The position numbers were made by a program, and so were the translations under genes. From positions 1 to 64,000 of the forward strand of contig CDMY01000422.1 of assembly GCA_001179505.1 (NCBI GenBank): DNA of 64,000 nucleotides. The letters run 5' to 3'. Origin of the DNA: Vitrella brassicaformis CCMP3155. Taxonomy: Eukaryota; Protista; Chromerida. Under the pieces are notes generated by a model. That model saw only the letters and a program-made list of their open reading frames with translations, searched no databases and was not told where the DNA came from. Positions within the stretch are counted from its first letter, which is position 1, and every line of letters starts with the position of its first letter. Of the stretch, positions 11,001 through 24,165 are shown piece after piece.

Positions 11001-14000
11001 CTCACGGCTGTACGTGTCGGTGTGTGTGCAGGGTTCGAAGCGGCACGCGGGTCTGCAGTGTTTGTGTTCGCTGGCTCGTGACGCCGGTCCAGACGTGCAG
11101 GGTCGTGTGGCGTACCGCATCCAACGGCTCATGCAGCACCTCAAGGAGCTCACGCCCCTGTCAGTGCGGTGCCTCATATTCGCCATGATCGCGCTGCAGT
11201 CGACAACCATAGAGGACGTCAAGAGCACCATGGTGTCGGCCTACAGCACTCTCATCAAGGGCGCCAGCGACCCCGATACCTTCGCCGAGCACTGCGCTAA
11301 GGCACTCGTCACTGTCATCACCACACCCGGCACATCGGTACAACTCAGACAAGAATCATTTAGAGTCCTACACGACGGTAACAACAAGACGCGATGCACG
11401 CCCATCAAGCGTACACTCGACCCCCTTTCTGTTCATGTGTCTGTCTCGTTCTAATTCAGTTCTCGCGAGTGATGTCGCGTGTCGGTATTTCGGCCAGCCG
11501 TCATGTATGGAGCAGCTGCTCGAGTGCGCCACACCCGGGAGGCTGCTGACCAACACGCCTGTGTGGTCGGTGTTCTGCCGCGTCATGTGCCACCCCCACA
11601 ACACCGCCAGGGTCAACCAATACATTCCCACTCTCACCGCTATCATAGACATGACCACCAAGGGACAGGTCAGTGAGTCAGTCAGCCACTCAGTAAGGGG
11701 GTCGCTTCAGCATGCGTCTGTGTCGTGTGTTAGGACCTGGCGCCCCTCGCATTCGATCTGTCCCGCCTCATAGAGAAGAGTGCCATCTTGCCTCAAGTGC
11801 AAGAGTGCGTCCGCCACAAAGAGACATACATGTACGTTGTACCATCGAATCGAAGTTATGGCTGTTTGTGGCTGATATGCAGGCTGTTGTTGAGCCCATG
11901 TCGGTTCCGTTTGCTGCTGGACATTGTGCAGATGGGTCTCAAGCCGCCCCCCAACATGGCCATGCTGCAGTGTGTCTGCACCGCCATGGCCACACTCACC
12001 ATCAGTCGCAGACCAACGTACGCGACAGCTGTCATACGAGTTGACAAAGCTCTTCCCTTGACTCTCTCTGTGCACGGTGCAGTGTGTTTGAGAAGATCCG
12101 TTCGTGTCTGGGGGACTTGCTACAGCTGCTGGCCGATGTGTGCCACATGTGTCTCACGCAGATCCCCACGAGCGTCGACCGGTCGGTGGCTGGGGATCGG
12201 CTGGCCGTCAGGGACAGCGGGGCTAAAGGACATGGCTTGAGAGACGGCACACATGCCGGTGGGGCCGAGGCGAGCAGCCCTCCTGCCGTCGTCGTGTTTG
12301 CGCTCCCGAAGCATGCACCCGGCAGCCAGTGGCGAGCCAAGCGAAGCGCCACGCAGCGGCTGGCTACACAGGGGCCGCCGATGGACATGGACAGTGGACC
12401 GGGGAGCATGTCCGACGGTGGCCCGTCCCTGCGGGTGGCGGGCGGTGACGTGAATGGTTCGAGGTACCATGTGCTGCTGCAGACTCTCAAAGTGCTGGCC
12501 GCCCTGGCCTCCTGCAATGGCGAGGGGCACAACGGTCCCAGGCACCAGATCATCAGGCAAAACAGGGAGGGGGGGAGAGGGAAGCCGAATGGATGATGAA
12601 TGGATGGAGCTTCGCATGTTATGCATTTGCTTTGTATGTCGGTGCGTTCATTGTGTCCAGTGTTGGTTTGTTGGACATCCTGTCCCCCCTCGCTGCCGAT
12701 CTGTGCAGCCCCCCTCCTGAACTGCTGAGGTGGGCACATCTCAGTGCCTATTGCTTATCTCCGTGGAACCCCGCCCCTTGATGCTGTGTATTGCAGCTGT
12801 TACTTGCAGCTGCTGACGTGCCTGTGCCGGAGCAATGACCTGCGCTCGAGGCTCATTGCGCCCTCCAGACTGACGTCCCTGCTCAGCCACTTCCACAGAC
12901 TCCACACACGCTATGTCAACACCGCACACCAGCCAATCGCCGACGTGTCGCTCAGTGATCGGCCGCATGAGACGCAGACATCCAGCAGCGAGAGACAGGT
13001 ACGCCGGTGCATAGAGTATGGCCGGATAGCAACTGAACCAAATGTGGTGATCTACAGGTGGATGATTCTGTGTGATGTGTGCAGGACATCGAAGCTGTAT
13101 ACGTTGCTGTGGCACAACTGCTGCAGTTGTGCACCGTCAACGAGGAAAGCTCGGCGTGAGCCAGGGGCTCGAAGCACATCAGACAGAGTACACTGGACAG
13201 ACTCCTGTGTCGGTCTGTTGTCGGTTTGCAGGTTCCTGCGTTACGATTCCTCTGCCATCAGTGCCATATTCAACATCATATCTTACGGACCGCCACCAGC
13301 ACAAGTCAGCGAGCGCATTATTGATGGACATGATTGCATTTCTCAGCCGTGTGCCGTTGTGTGCAGGAGGGCGGCATCAAGGCCCTGTACGTGGTAGGTG
13401 TGGATGAGAATGTCAAGAAGCAAGTTGTGCGGCAGAACGTCCTGGACACCCTGTGCAACATCGCCAAACAAGTACGCAACAGCCACTGCCATGGTCGCCA
13501 ATGCATGAACAACACATCCATTAGGGTCCGGCCAGTGTGCAAGGTCATGCGGCGTGGGTGGTGGCTTCACTGGTCGTCCGGGGCGAAGCCGTGGAGGTCT
13601 TCTTTGACAGGAGAAGCCTCTCACAACTCCTGGCACTCCAGGAGGCCAGCAACCCCAAAGTCAGAAGCCAAGCCCTATGGGCCCTCGCGTACATGCCCCC
13701 AGGTGCGTCAGCACCGCACCACACAGACAGCACACATGTCCCTTGTTCGAGAGGTCGTATGATGTTTACTCCTTCGCCATCAATCAGAGACTCCACTCAT
13801 TGAGAAAATGTTAGTGTGCGGTTTGATGGAGGGCTTTGAGGCAGCCGTCTGCCCCCCATCGGTCGACTCGTCCCCGAGTGCAGCCATCGAGCCGGGACGG
13901 ATGACAGACGAATGGGCTGTCGTAGCACAAGCATGCGCAGCGCTGGCCAGGCTGGCCAAGTCGGAAACCTTCAGAGCCGCTGCAGTCACCAGGAGAGAGC

Positions 14001-16132
14001 AGCACTCTCACTCCCGGCAGCAGCCCCAAGGCCAAACGCTACTGCTAAGTCTCATGGACAGTGGACGAGTGGGCGTGGGAGAGGCCATTCCAGTCCTGGT
14101 GGTCCGCATGTCGGACCTGCTATCGGCAATAACCCTGTGTGCGGGTGGGGAGATCGCCTATGACGTGCACCCTCCGCATGACAAGAGTGGCAACAGGCGC
14201 GACAAAGACATCAAGGAGATCGTCGACCTAGAAGACGTTCAGGTGACCTGTCTGCTGACTGGAGTGCTGCAGCCACACACAAGCCTGCTCCCCGGTCACT
14301 GAATGTGCAGGTGGGTGCATTTGAGGGGCTGGCTGAGCTGTGTCGGACGCACGAGCTGGCTGCACCCTTCTTGGCGCACGGGGGGGGTGAGAGGGTAGTA
14401 TCAGCCCTCAGCGACGCACGTGTGAGGGTGCGGGAGGCGGCACTCAAGGCACTGGTGCGTCTGATGGACCACGCACAGCTGAGACAGGACTGGCAGGCAT
14501 TGTGGTCCTCGTCCACCACCGCCCTGTTCCAGTCGCCGGCAGTGACTGCAGGGGGTGAAAGAGAGAGGGGGGAGGGCGCTTTGGCTTCCGTGTGGACGAT
14601 CGACGAGCAGCGTGGACTGGCCAAGGCAATACGGCTGATGGGTGGGGACGAGACATCACAGAGGGCGCTCATTGACGATGGGGCCCTCGCAGTGCTCATG
14701 GAGCTGGCTGAGAGCAGCGACACTACTGTTCAGGTGCGCTGGCCAAGCCTTACACGCACACACACCCCTCGGGCAGCTCCGTCCCTTCGCCTGTCTGTCT
14801 GTCTGTATGTATCTGTGTGTTGTGTGGCTGCCTGCAGGTTGAAGTAGCATGGGCGATCGGGGTGTTGGCTGCCCACCCTGAGCTAGAGGTGGCCCTAGCA
14901 GAGGCGGGGGCCATCGAGGCACTCATCAAGCTGCAACAAGCCAAGCGGGAAGACGTCCGAAAACGGGCCGATTGGTCTATGAGAATCCTCAGCAATGAAG
15001 CACTCACGTGAGCAACCAAAGCAAGATGCAGGGTGTCACCCTCCCTCTTGCTACTTACTGTCTGTGCCGTCAATGTGCCCGGCAGTTACAACGACATCCT
15101 GTCGACGACTCGTCGGCGTGCGGAGGGGCCTCAGGAGCCTGCCAAAGGCACCAAGGAGGTTGCTGGATTCCCACGCTTACCCGTGGCTGCCCCGGCGGCA
15201 GGGGGCGAGACACCGATGATGGCGGCATTGGGGCCTGATGAGGATGAGCCGGAGGCGTCCGATAGTGAAGAGTGGAGTGATGCCATGGACAGCGGATCCA
15301 TCCCTAGCGGGGATGACCAAGACACCACCAACACCACTGCGCAAGACACCAAGGAGAGACCCGCTGCTGGGACTGTCCTGGAGGCGCCGTCAGAGCAGCT
15401 GCATGAGCCCCCGCCAGCAATGTCGGACAGAGTGTTATCCTCCTCTGCGGCGAGGCGAGGCTCGACAGTTGTTGCCTCGCGTCCTCTACCCAGGCCACCC
15501 TCCACGACTTCTCCGAGGTTCGAGGGCCTGTGGAGAAAAGACAAGACACTAAAAAAAGGTACATTCAATTTGTGTTTGCTTCCTTGCACTGTTCAGGGTG
15601 GCCGCGCTTCGTCAACAACGTCGTCGACATCAACGTCAATCGGGAAGGAAGGACGCTATCAAAGAGGTATCACCGTTAAGCGCGCGGTTCACGATGATCT
15701 GCATTCCGTTCTTCAGATTCGAGCGCTGGTCGACCTCATGCTGGCTAATGCCTACCCGGCTTCTTTGTCAGACAGGGAAGCGACGAACCCTGCCCTGTTG
15801 TCAACGTGCATATCACCCACCGAGACAGCGAGTCCGGCAGCCAGGCAGCGGCTGGCGCCTGGCGCATCCATAGAGATTGCCTCGTTGCTGGCCAAACGGG
15901 TGTCAACAGCTACCCCCAGAGACAAACAGTAGTAGCCAGTCCAATGTCGGTGGCGATTGGAGCTGATCCTTTCGCAAGTTATGGTGCAGGGGGCCCACTC
16001 AGTATCATTGCGCAGTACATGAGTATATATCATGTGTCTATGTATACGCAGGTCATGCTAAAGCGTCGTCCAGAAGCCTTAGGGCAGCGCGTTGTTCCGT
16101 GCCAGGCCATGCCCGTTGATATGGACGTGTAA
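8024..16132 (+). CDS. Large multi-exon armadillo/HEAT-repeat protein, specific family not recognised; 3' end approximate
   Basis: ARM-like repeats throughout (GGLNSLLRICKK, WTSATLANLARNP, NAAWTLLFLSL, GGIKALYVVG, SQALWALAYMP, DDGALAVLMELAES, VAWAIGVLAAHP, AGAIEALIKLQ). Intron 15008-15085 links to a low-complexity C-terminal region. Confidence 0.8.
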
Positions 16133-16348
16133 GGGGCTATGAGTGATGATTCCCAGGAGAAGGAAGGACAGGGGGAGGTGGACGAGTGCAATGATTGCAA
16201 TACACTTCATTGCAATGCATCATATCGAAGCCAAAAAGGAGTCGCCACCTTGTTGGTCGCTAATATAAAAAACCGTAACAAACCCTAGCGAAACCCTGGA
16301 CGAGGCTCGCCCAGGCTCGCCCTGCAGGCTCGCCCTACGATCGCCGAG

Positions 16349-16975
16349 CGTTCCTTCGTTCGTTCGTCAACCCCGGCCCCCCGAAGGGGTACGCAAGAAA
16401 GGGTCTGTGTGAGTCCATAGAAAGTCACAAGTCAGGAGAAGGAAGCACCGGATGCAACGCAACCCACCGCTTACGCAAGGCCTTCGCAGACAGTAGAAAA
16501 CTGGCTACCGCTTCATGCACACGCAGTGAGCGAGAGGTGAGCAGAGAAAAGGCAAACACAAGAGGATCACAATAATTGAGATCCCATCGAAAGTAAACCT
16601 TGCCATCACGCGCCGCAAGGCCATACATGCGAACAACACGGAATACTTCCCCTCGTGCAGAGCTATAGAGCGGACAGTAGAAAAGAATGTGCAGCTCATC
16701 CTCAACAGGTGGCACCCACATGTGAGATAAGAAATGAAAAACGGTGCAATACGGGCAAGAGCGTAGCAGTCGTGGAGGGCCACCGATACGCCCATCAGTA
16801 ACTGCACAAGGATATGTACCGGTCCGAAAAGCGAACAGCACACGACGCTTGGGTCTAGGTAGTGAGAAGTAGCATGGAAAGGTGGACAAGGGCTGGATGA
16901 GGCGATGAAGCCAGTCTTGGCCTGACTCAATAATGAAATCACGCAGAAAAGGAGGTACGTACGCAGGTAGAGAGA
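16349..16975 (-). mobile_element. 5'-truncated non-LTR retrotransposon fragment (C-terminal Cys/His finger plus 3' end)
   Basis: RSCPYC...EDELHILFYCPLYSSAR, a CxxC...H...C finger typical of LINE ORF2 C-termini. Stop at 16425, then a GC hairpin and (GAAC)n-like tail. The last 40 bp recur at 41259-41298. Confidence 0.75.
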
Positions 16976-16981
16976 GTAGAG

Positions 16982-17037
16982 CGTTCGTTCCTTCGTTCGT
17001 TAACCTCACGGGGACCTTGCCCCCCGGCCCCCCGAAG
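16982..17037 (-). repeat. Repeat terminus with GC-rich stem and (GAAC)n-like tail
   Basis: Similar to 16349-16389 and, in opposite orientation, to 39051-39092 (GGGGCAAGGTCCCC...GGTTA(A)CGAACGAA). Confidence 0.6.
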
Positions 17038-17379
17038 CGTCACAGTAGAGAATGAAGAAGGAAGAAGGAGGAGAAGGGATGTGACGCAGGGAGAGCGTTG
17101 GCGCTCCGCTGCTTGCGGAGGGAGGGAGGAATTCTTCTTGCAAGCCCGATCGCGCTTCTTTTCCTCGGCTCCCACCCGATCGGGTTTGCACGAAGAAGTG
17201 CGTGTTGCAGACTGAGATTCTGTGTGGTCACTGTTGGCAGGCGCCTCATGGGCCTCCGCCTACGTCTTCGCTCCCGTTGGACGAGGATTGGGGGACCCGG
17301 GTGGACACCACAATTGGTTTCATCGATTTTTGGCCTCACACACCTCACACACCAGGGCAGATGGGAGCCAATGCATGAT

Positions 17380-17830
17380 GTGTGTGTGTTCTCTGTGTGT
17401 GTGTTCTCTGTGTGTGTTGTCTGTGTGTGTGTTGTCTGTGTGTGTGTTGTCTGTGTGTGTGTTGTCTGTGTGTGTCTGTGCCATTCGTTCTTGCAAAGGC
17501 GAGGCCCGAAGGGCCGAGCCTGAGCTGGCTTCTTTGGTCCGTGTGAGTTCTCTGTGTGTGTTCTCTGTGTGTGTCTCTGTGCATCACATGCAACCTCCCA
17601 CCCGCCCCCTGCACACACCGGTTGTCTCTCTCTTTCGTACGAAGGCGAGGCCCGAAGGGCCGAGCCTAAGCGTGGCTTCTCTCGTCTGTGTGAGTTCTCT
17701 ATGTGAGTTCTCTGTGTATCTGTGCATCACATGCAACCTCCCACCCACTCCTCTCTCTCTCTCTCTCTCTCTCGCTATTTGTGTGTGTGTGTAGTTGATG
17801 CGAAGGCGAGGCCCGAAGGGCCGAGCCGAG
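17380..17830. repeat. Compound tandem repeat: three exact 25-bp AAGGCGAGGCCCGAAGGGCCGAGCC units separated by TG/CT-rich related spacers
   Basis: Units start at 17496, 17642 and 17803. Spacers share GCATCACATGCAACCTCCCA. Preceded by 13-bp TGTGTGTGTT(C/G)TC repeats. Confidence 0.85.
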
Positions 17831-18473
17831 CCAAGGCATGGTGTGTGTATCTGTGTGCACTAGCGTTGTATGTGTAGTGGAGAGACGATGTTGTGGAGAG
17901 ACGACAAAAGAGCGGAGAGAGCTGCAACGATATGAAGAATGCAGTGGAGAGACGCCAGCTCACTATGGAGAGGGCGGGAGAAGTCGGAGAGACGGCTTCG
18001 TAGTGCCCTTTCTCACCGTTGCTTTCTGCCTCCGCCTGCAATAACTGTTTGTTTGGCTACTGAGACGGCATTGGGTGCTCAAAGCAACCTTTTTTGTACG
18101 CTTTGAGGGGCAGACGTGTGGCAGCGTCTTTCTGCGTGCGTTTTTCGTCGTTTCTTTTGCCTTTCTTGCGCCAAGCGTGCTCTATGGGTTTCGTTCGCTG
18201 GTGTGTGGTCTCCTGCGTGCCTTCTGCAGTGTCCCTTTGGTTCCCTCTCTGTTTGTCCTGGTGTGTTCCCCGCTTCTGGTGCTGTTTTCACCGTTTTTTC
18301 GCTCGTCCTGGACGCCCCTGAGGTGGGGGGATCTGCTGTGTGCTGCTGGTGTGCTGAAAAGGGTGCGGATTTTTTTTCCACGGGTTTTCTGAAAAAGCTA
18401 GCATAGCTCGCGGTAAAACGACCCGTCTACTGGTCCCGATGGTCATGATCACCTTCTGCACTCATCGGTTGTC

Positions 18474-18480
18474 TCTCTCT

Positions 18481-18514
<34 letters not shown>

Positions 18515-18566
18515 ATTCCACACACCCTCTGCACACATGGGTTGTCTCTCTCTCTCTCTCTCTCTC
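18474..18566. repeat. (CT)n and (TG)n microsatellites
   Basis: Dinucleotide runs seen directly. Confidence 0.9.
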
Positions 18567-19471
18567 CACCAGGGCATGTTGAACCTTTACTAAGACCATT
18601 TCACGAGTGATTCAACATGTCCTTTGAGATTCTCCTCTGGAACAGACGCTTGCCTGCACCGCCGCGACGTGGCCAGCGACCGAGCCCTGCGCGCTCCGCC
18701 GCCTGCTAACCGGCCAGACAAACTGGACAAGTGGGAAATCGCTCCCTATCTCCTTTTTGTTTGCTCTCGTTCACGCGCTTTCATAAAATTTCCCCTGACT
18801 CGCTCGCGTTCGCGAAACGAAATGCATGCAAAGCCCCCATGGCCGCATGCGAGCCCCCAGCCGAAGGGAACCGAAGGAAGTGCTAGTTTGGCGAGCTTTT
18901 GGCGTGTGTGACCGCCCCTTTTCTCCTTTGACGATGGCATGTCGCCGTTTTCGATCACCTCGAGTGCAGCGCTGATGCTCGTCAGCATCCTTCGATTCCG
19001 TTTCGTCAGCAGAAAACTACGAGGGGCGTCTCGAAACATATCGCACGTGTTTCTTGTCAAATCTTTTCTGCATCTCAGATCAAGAGGACTTTCAGGTGCG
19101 TCGGTTGGCGAATGACAGCTCGTCACGCAGCGGGCTCGAGAGGGACTAACTGACCATCCCTGCAATGTCTAGATGCATGTAGGTTGACGGAGGGACGCAG
19201 GGAGATCTAAATGGGTATGTAGGGCTGCCTGGCTGAGTGCTGCATACAGTACATGAATGCGCGTATGCATGCACGTTTGATGAATGAATTCGGAAAAGGA
19301 GGGGGATCAGCTCGGCCGCTCAGTTTGTTGTGTGTTCGGTGTGTCGGTGTGTGTGGATGGATGGTTGGATGTGCCCATGTATATTGATTGTTGTGTAATC
19401 GAGAATACATACTGACAAAATAATGACAAACGTTAGAGTACAAATGCAGTCAATCCGTCGAGTTGCCTCAC

Positions 19472-22400
19472 TCACTCGGTCTTCTTGTTGCTTGCTTCTC
19501 TGCACACAGAAAAAGGCAGCAAAGTACCCAATGACGTCGCCACGATGCACTCGAATTTACGTTGGTATGTTCCGCGAGTGGTCATCTGCAGGCGACGCTG
19601 TGGTTGCGCCCTGGCCTCCCCCGCCCCCCACGGATCCCATCAGTAGTGAGTTGATGAGCGGCAGGTTGGGCAGCAGAAAGGCATCGTAAGCGAATCCCAT
19701 GGCCTTAGATGCGAACTGGTTCACAGCACTGAGCCACCCGGCCAGCCGACACAACCACGACATGCAATGCATCCCGGAGCGGACCCCGGTAACCACCGCT
19801 CCTTGACGCTTACCGCTGGTGCCCCGTTTGGTATGCGACCAGAAGCGCCACGGCAAGCCCCAGCACCACATAAATGATGAACACGCGACACGACATCAGC
19901 TCGTCCCAACCTGAGAAGCCAAAAATGAAACGAGAGGCCATGCACATCGCTGGCTGGTCGTCTTGCTCGCATCGCATCACAATCCTGGACTGACCGACAA
20001 GCAGGAGGAGAAGCCATACCCACCACGGCACATTAGCAAGGGAATTCTTGGAACTGCACAGAGAAAAGGAGAGAGAAGCGGATCATTCGCATACATGATG
20101 TTTCCTTGTACGTGTTCGCACTTGTTACCCGCCAGATGCGCGCATGATTTGTGCGTTTTGACAGGTCTTGACCATCGTGCGTTCGATCTGATCGGTCCGA
20201 CACCCATCAGCCAGAAAAGCGGTTTGCGCAGCTGATGTATTGAGTTACTACCCGTGTTTGTACAGCAGCCTTCATCGTGTCGGTAAGGAGAGGAGTCTCA
20301 ACCCCTGCAGAGCACACAGCAGCATAGTCCACAACCAGCCAACATTCGTTCGCGAGTGCGTACACCGCTGCACTTCTCCAGTCGGGTCGGAGTATCCCGG
20401 GATGACCTTGTCCAGACTCACATCGAAGGTGATAAAGGTGCCCAGGGACTCTGTATGGTCAAATTACATCCGGGACGACAACAAAGGTTCATTGGAGAGG
20501 TCTGCAATGCATGCAGCCCATTGCCGCGGAGGCACGCCGGCCTTACCCATGGCCTTTTCCTTGGCCTTGAGGAAGTACTGACTGATCCGCTCCTGAGATA
20601 TGTCGGGCCACTGACACACAAACAGACAGGTCTGTCCCAGGAAAAGCGACCTCCTGTGTCTGCGTGAGTACGTGTCTGGGCGTGCCATCTTCATTGATTT
20701 CGAACTCGGCTTGGAACTTCTGTATGATGGAGTGATCGAGGGAGTGTTTGACGAAGTGCTCCAGCTTGGTCCGTGCCTCCTTGACGCACTCCCGTCCCAC
20801 CAGGGCCTCCAGCCCCTCACCCAGGCCCTCCGATGCAGCTGCGCCGCTGGGTGGTGCGCTTGTGCTGCTTGAACCGCCCGACACCTCCACGTGGTCGATG
20901 TTAACCACGACACGACGAGTCAATCCTATTCACACACACATTGCACACGGATGGGCAGTTGATGCCGCGCCTGCATGCATGTGCCCTCGTACCTTTCCAC
21001 GACTCGCTCATTTGCTGTACGGCAACTTCTTTCGCCTTGCAAATTGCGTCTGTTGCCATCGTCCAGAAGACTTCCTTGGCCACGGTCGTCTGGCTCACCA
21101 GAATGTCAATCTGTGTCAACTCCTCCGATATCGGACCCTGAAGCGGAAACGGACCACAGACACATGAGCTACGGCTTATAGACGGTATCGGTGCGGTTTC
21201 ATTCTGGCCTGTAATGCTTCCTTGAAGGCAGCCAACTGTGCTTGGCGAACCCGATTGATCGAATTCTCCAGCGCATCTGACAAGACCGCAGACCAAGGGC
21301 TCTCGCGTCATCCTCGAGAGACAGTGCCTCACGGACCTGTGAGTGACTGCAGCGTGTGGGATACGTCAAACGTCCGTGGCCCATCGCCAGGTACCGCGAC
21401 GGAGCACGCCAAACCTGCCTCTCGCAGCTGACGCAGAGAATCCTGCTCAGCAGTGCCACTGCAGCACACAACCGGACAAAACATAACACTCTCGCGCTCT
21501 CGTGAAGATACAATCCATCCATGCCGTGGGGTCTTACCATGTGTCGGCGAAGTTGACCCATTCCTCGCTCTGTGTGACTCAGACAGCAACTCAGCAGTGT
21601 ATGCGTCTTAGTCAAGTGAGCTTTGGCATGTTGTTGTACCGTACCAGCTTGGCGCGCGAACCGATGGCTGCGAAACGCGCGCTGCAGACAACACGACGTT
21701 AGCACAGACATGCCAGCACGTCACGGCTGGCGGCGCGACGGTCCCCGGCTCCGTGCTCACTCGAGCTGTTTGGAGAAGTCCTTGGCGATGGATGTCTTGA
21801 TGTGCATGAGATGCGCTTCGACGACCTGCTGCAGCTCGTCGCACAAACTGCGTAGGCATACACGCATACATACACAAGTATACCCACATGTGCAATTCAT
21901 TCTAAGCGGCCGGGTGGGTCTTGGTTCCCTACTGCTTACGCGTTGATAAGTTCAGAGCGTTTCTTCAAGTAAACGGTCTCCTGTACACAAAGACGCCAGT
22001 ATACAGACACAGGCATATGAGCGCGAATCTCATTTGAGGAGACCTGGTAGCGCGAGGCAGGCTCCTCGTAGGCGGCTGAGACAAAGGGGAACGCAGGAAC
22101 CTACTTTTTGGCGCCAGTCATGCACGCCGTGCATTCAATTCCCTGCATACCCACTACTTGTTGGATGAGGTTATTGCCCCAGCCCTGAAGGTCGGGCACG
22201 GGTCCATGATGCGCCTACACACGACAAAGCATGGGGATGCCTTCTCGCACACAGCAAGCGATCACAGGTAGGCCCGCTGCGTCCCGATCACCTGATTCAC
22301 TTTGGCGGTTATCTTCGGCTGAGTCTCGACCAACAGTGCGCTCTTGATCTCTTCACACCTGAACAATAGATGGACATAGAGCGAGTGAGGGAGGGAGGGA

Positions 22401-24091
22401 CACGACATGCCTCATGCACCACTGCGAGCGAGGGACGCTCTCCTTACCTGTATGTGGCGAGCATCTCCTTCTGTGATGGAATGTTGAGCTGAGACTCGTG
22501 CACAATGGTGTCCTGGTCAGACAGGGCGAAAAATACCAACAAGCACCATCGATTGATTCCTTTCGTGGCCAGTTCCGTTCATTGTCGTACCCACACGCTT
22601 TTGCAGTAGTGCGCGAAGCCGTCTGCGGGCACGCGGCGAGAGTACTGCGCGGGGCGAAGACTTGTCAACCACCTGAAATACATAGGGCGAGAGAAGCAAT
22701 GCCAACACACATATACATGCGACAGCGCAGCATAGGATTGGTTTGATGGTTTACTTCCGCCTCAGGTCTTGTACACCCTTCCGGAAATCCTCCAGCGACG
22801 CGAAAAACGAAGGCAAACCAACTGAACAACATGGACACACCGGATGCAAACAGAAGCGATGCAAGCAGAATCAAACAGAAGAATACAGTGGCCAGTCCAG
22901 CAATCCCCACTTGTGTGGAATTCGAAGAAGTCGTCTGCCCCTGTGTCTTCGAAACACTTTGGCTGAATCAACAGACATAGACGGCAAAGAGAGGAGGAGG
23001 GGTGCAGGTCCGCGCCAGCCAGAACGTGTACCTTTTTGATCTTTGTCCATATCTTCCGTATGTCATCTTCAAGCATTGTCTCGAGAGTAGCTGACAGGAA
23101 GAGGCATCAAGCAACAGAGCTAAGTCATGGACTGGAGTTCACGTGGCTCATCCCCATTTAGTCCGTCACCCAGTGGTGTTTGCATTTCGCTGTGGTCTCG
23201 AATCACAAACAACATGACAGTCCTTTTGGACCTGACATGTTTGCCAAGGCCCACAGCCAACAAATGACGACACATGATACAGCCCTGTCTGCTCGCACAC
23301 GCCCGGATTTCTTTCTGCTCACTCATCTGATTGTTGGAACAGCTCCAGATTGACCGCCAGCACCTTCTCCAGCAGCTCGTAGTTTGACGCTGTCGCGCGG
23401 CCGATGTCCTACATGGATATCCATGCGCGACAGCACAACCTGAATTCAGGCTACGTGGTTGCGTACGTGCATCCACATGTTGATGACCACCAGGTCGGCC
23501 ACTGCGAGAGAGAAGAGGGCCGCGCGATGCTCGAAAGTCTGAATATGAATCAGCAGTCAGGAACAACAGGCAGACTCGGCTCGGCCGTGGGGTTGCATTG
23601 GTGAGTCCTTACATGTCTGTCTTCGCCCCTTTCTCTGCTGTCGGTGCCTTCCACATCGACGATGATCGTGGCCGTGCCTTGTCCCTCGACCAAATCCCGA
23701 CCCAGCCACAGACCCTTCGTGGTCTGGCTACGCCCCAGCTGGGAATTCATCACCTGGAACCTCGTGCCGAACAAATGATTCAACAGGGTGCCTGGTGACA
23801 AGAACGCAGCACCACCAGGCAGAGAACGAACAGGAAAAACACTACTCTCATGCTTGGGTGCACAGATCTGCCTCTTCGCTCCTACTTTTCCCGCTCGACT
23901 GGCATCCCAGCACTGTGACAACGGAGTAGTCGAAGCCGCACCTGCTAAGATGCTTCTCCTCCAGCCACTTTTCAACCTCACCACTGACAATGGACACAGC
24001 ATCATTGTGTCTTGCACCTCGATGTTCTGTTGTCGGCTTACACGAATCGCCCTGATTCGTCGATGATCTGGAGAAGCATGTTGTCCTCCAT
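19472..24091 (-). CDS. SEY1: SEY1/RHD3 ER-fusion GTPase; multi-exon
   Basis: Spliced N-terminus [23 protein letters not shown]...[26 protein letters not shown]...SQTTKGLW...[16 protein letters not shown]-terminal hairpin [20 protein letters not shown]. Predicted end ...ASNKKTE (KKxx ER-retrieval-like). Confidence 0.95.
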
Positions 24092-24165
24092 CTTACGGAA
24101 AAGTGCGTAAACACACGCGAACTGGCAAGCCCTGTATCGGCTCGCGAATCGATGAATGCTGCCGG

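Noticed and set aside
16270-16340. Telomeric repeat (AAACCCT)
   Set aside because: Only two separated heptamers plus three GGCTCGCCC units; not an array.
17496-17520. Hammerhead ribozyme (stem II-like GGCCCGAAGGGCC)
   Set aside because: The flanks are AAGGCGA and GAGCC, not the CUGANGA and GAAA core. Other CTGATG hits near 44680 and 63880 also lack a proper stem II/GAAA.
17496-17827. CRISPR array
   Set aside because: The context is eukaryotic, spacers are 121-136 bp, low-complexity and similar to one another, and there are no cas genes.
18060-19170. Possible gene or transposon in ORFs 18075-18406 and 18746-19165
   Set aside because: No recognisable motif, consistent splice pattern or second copy in the window; left unassigned.
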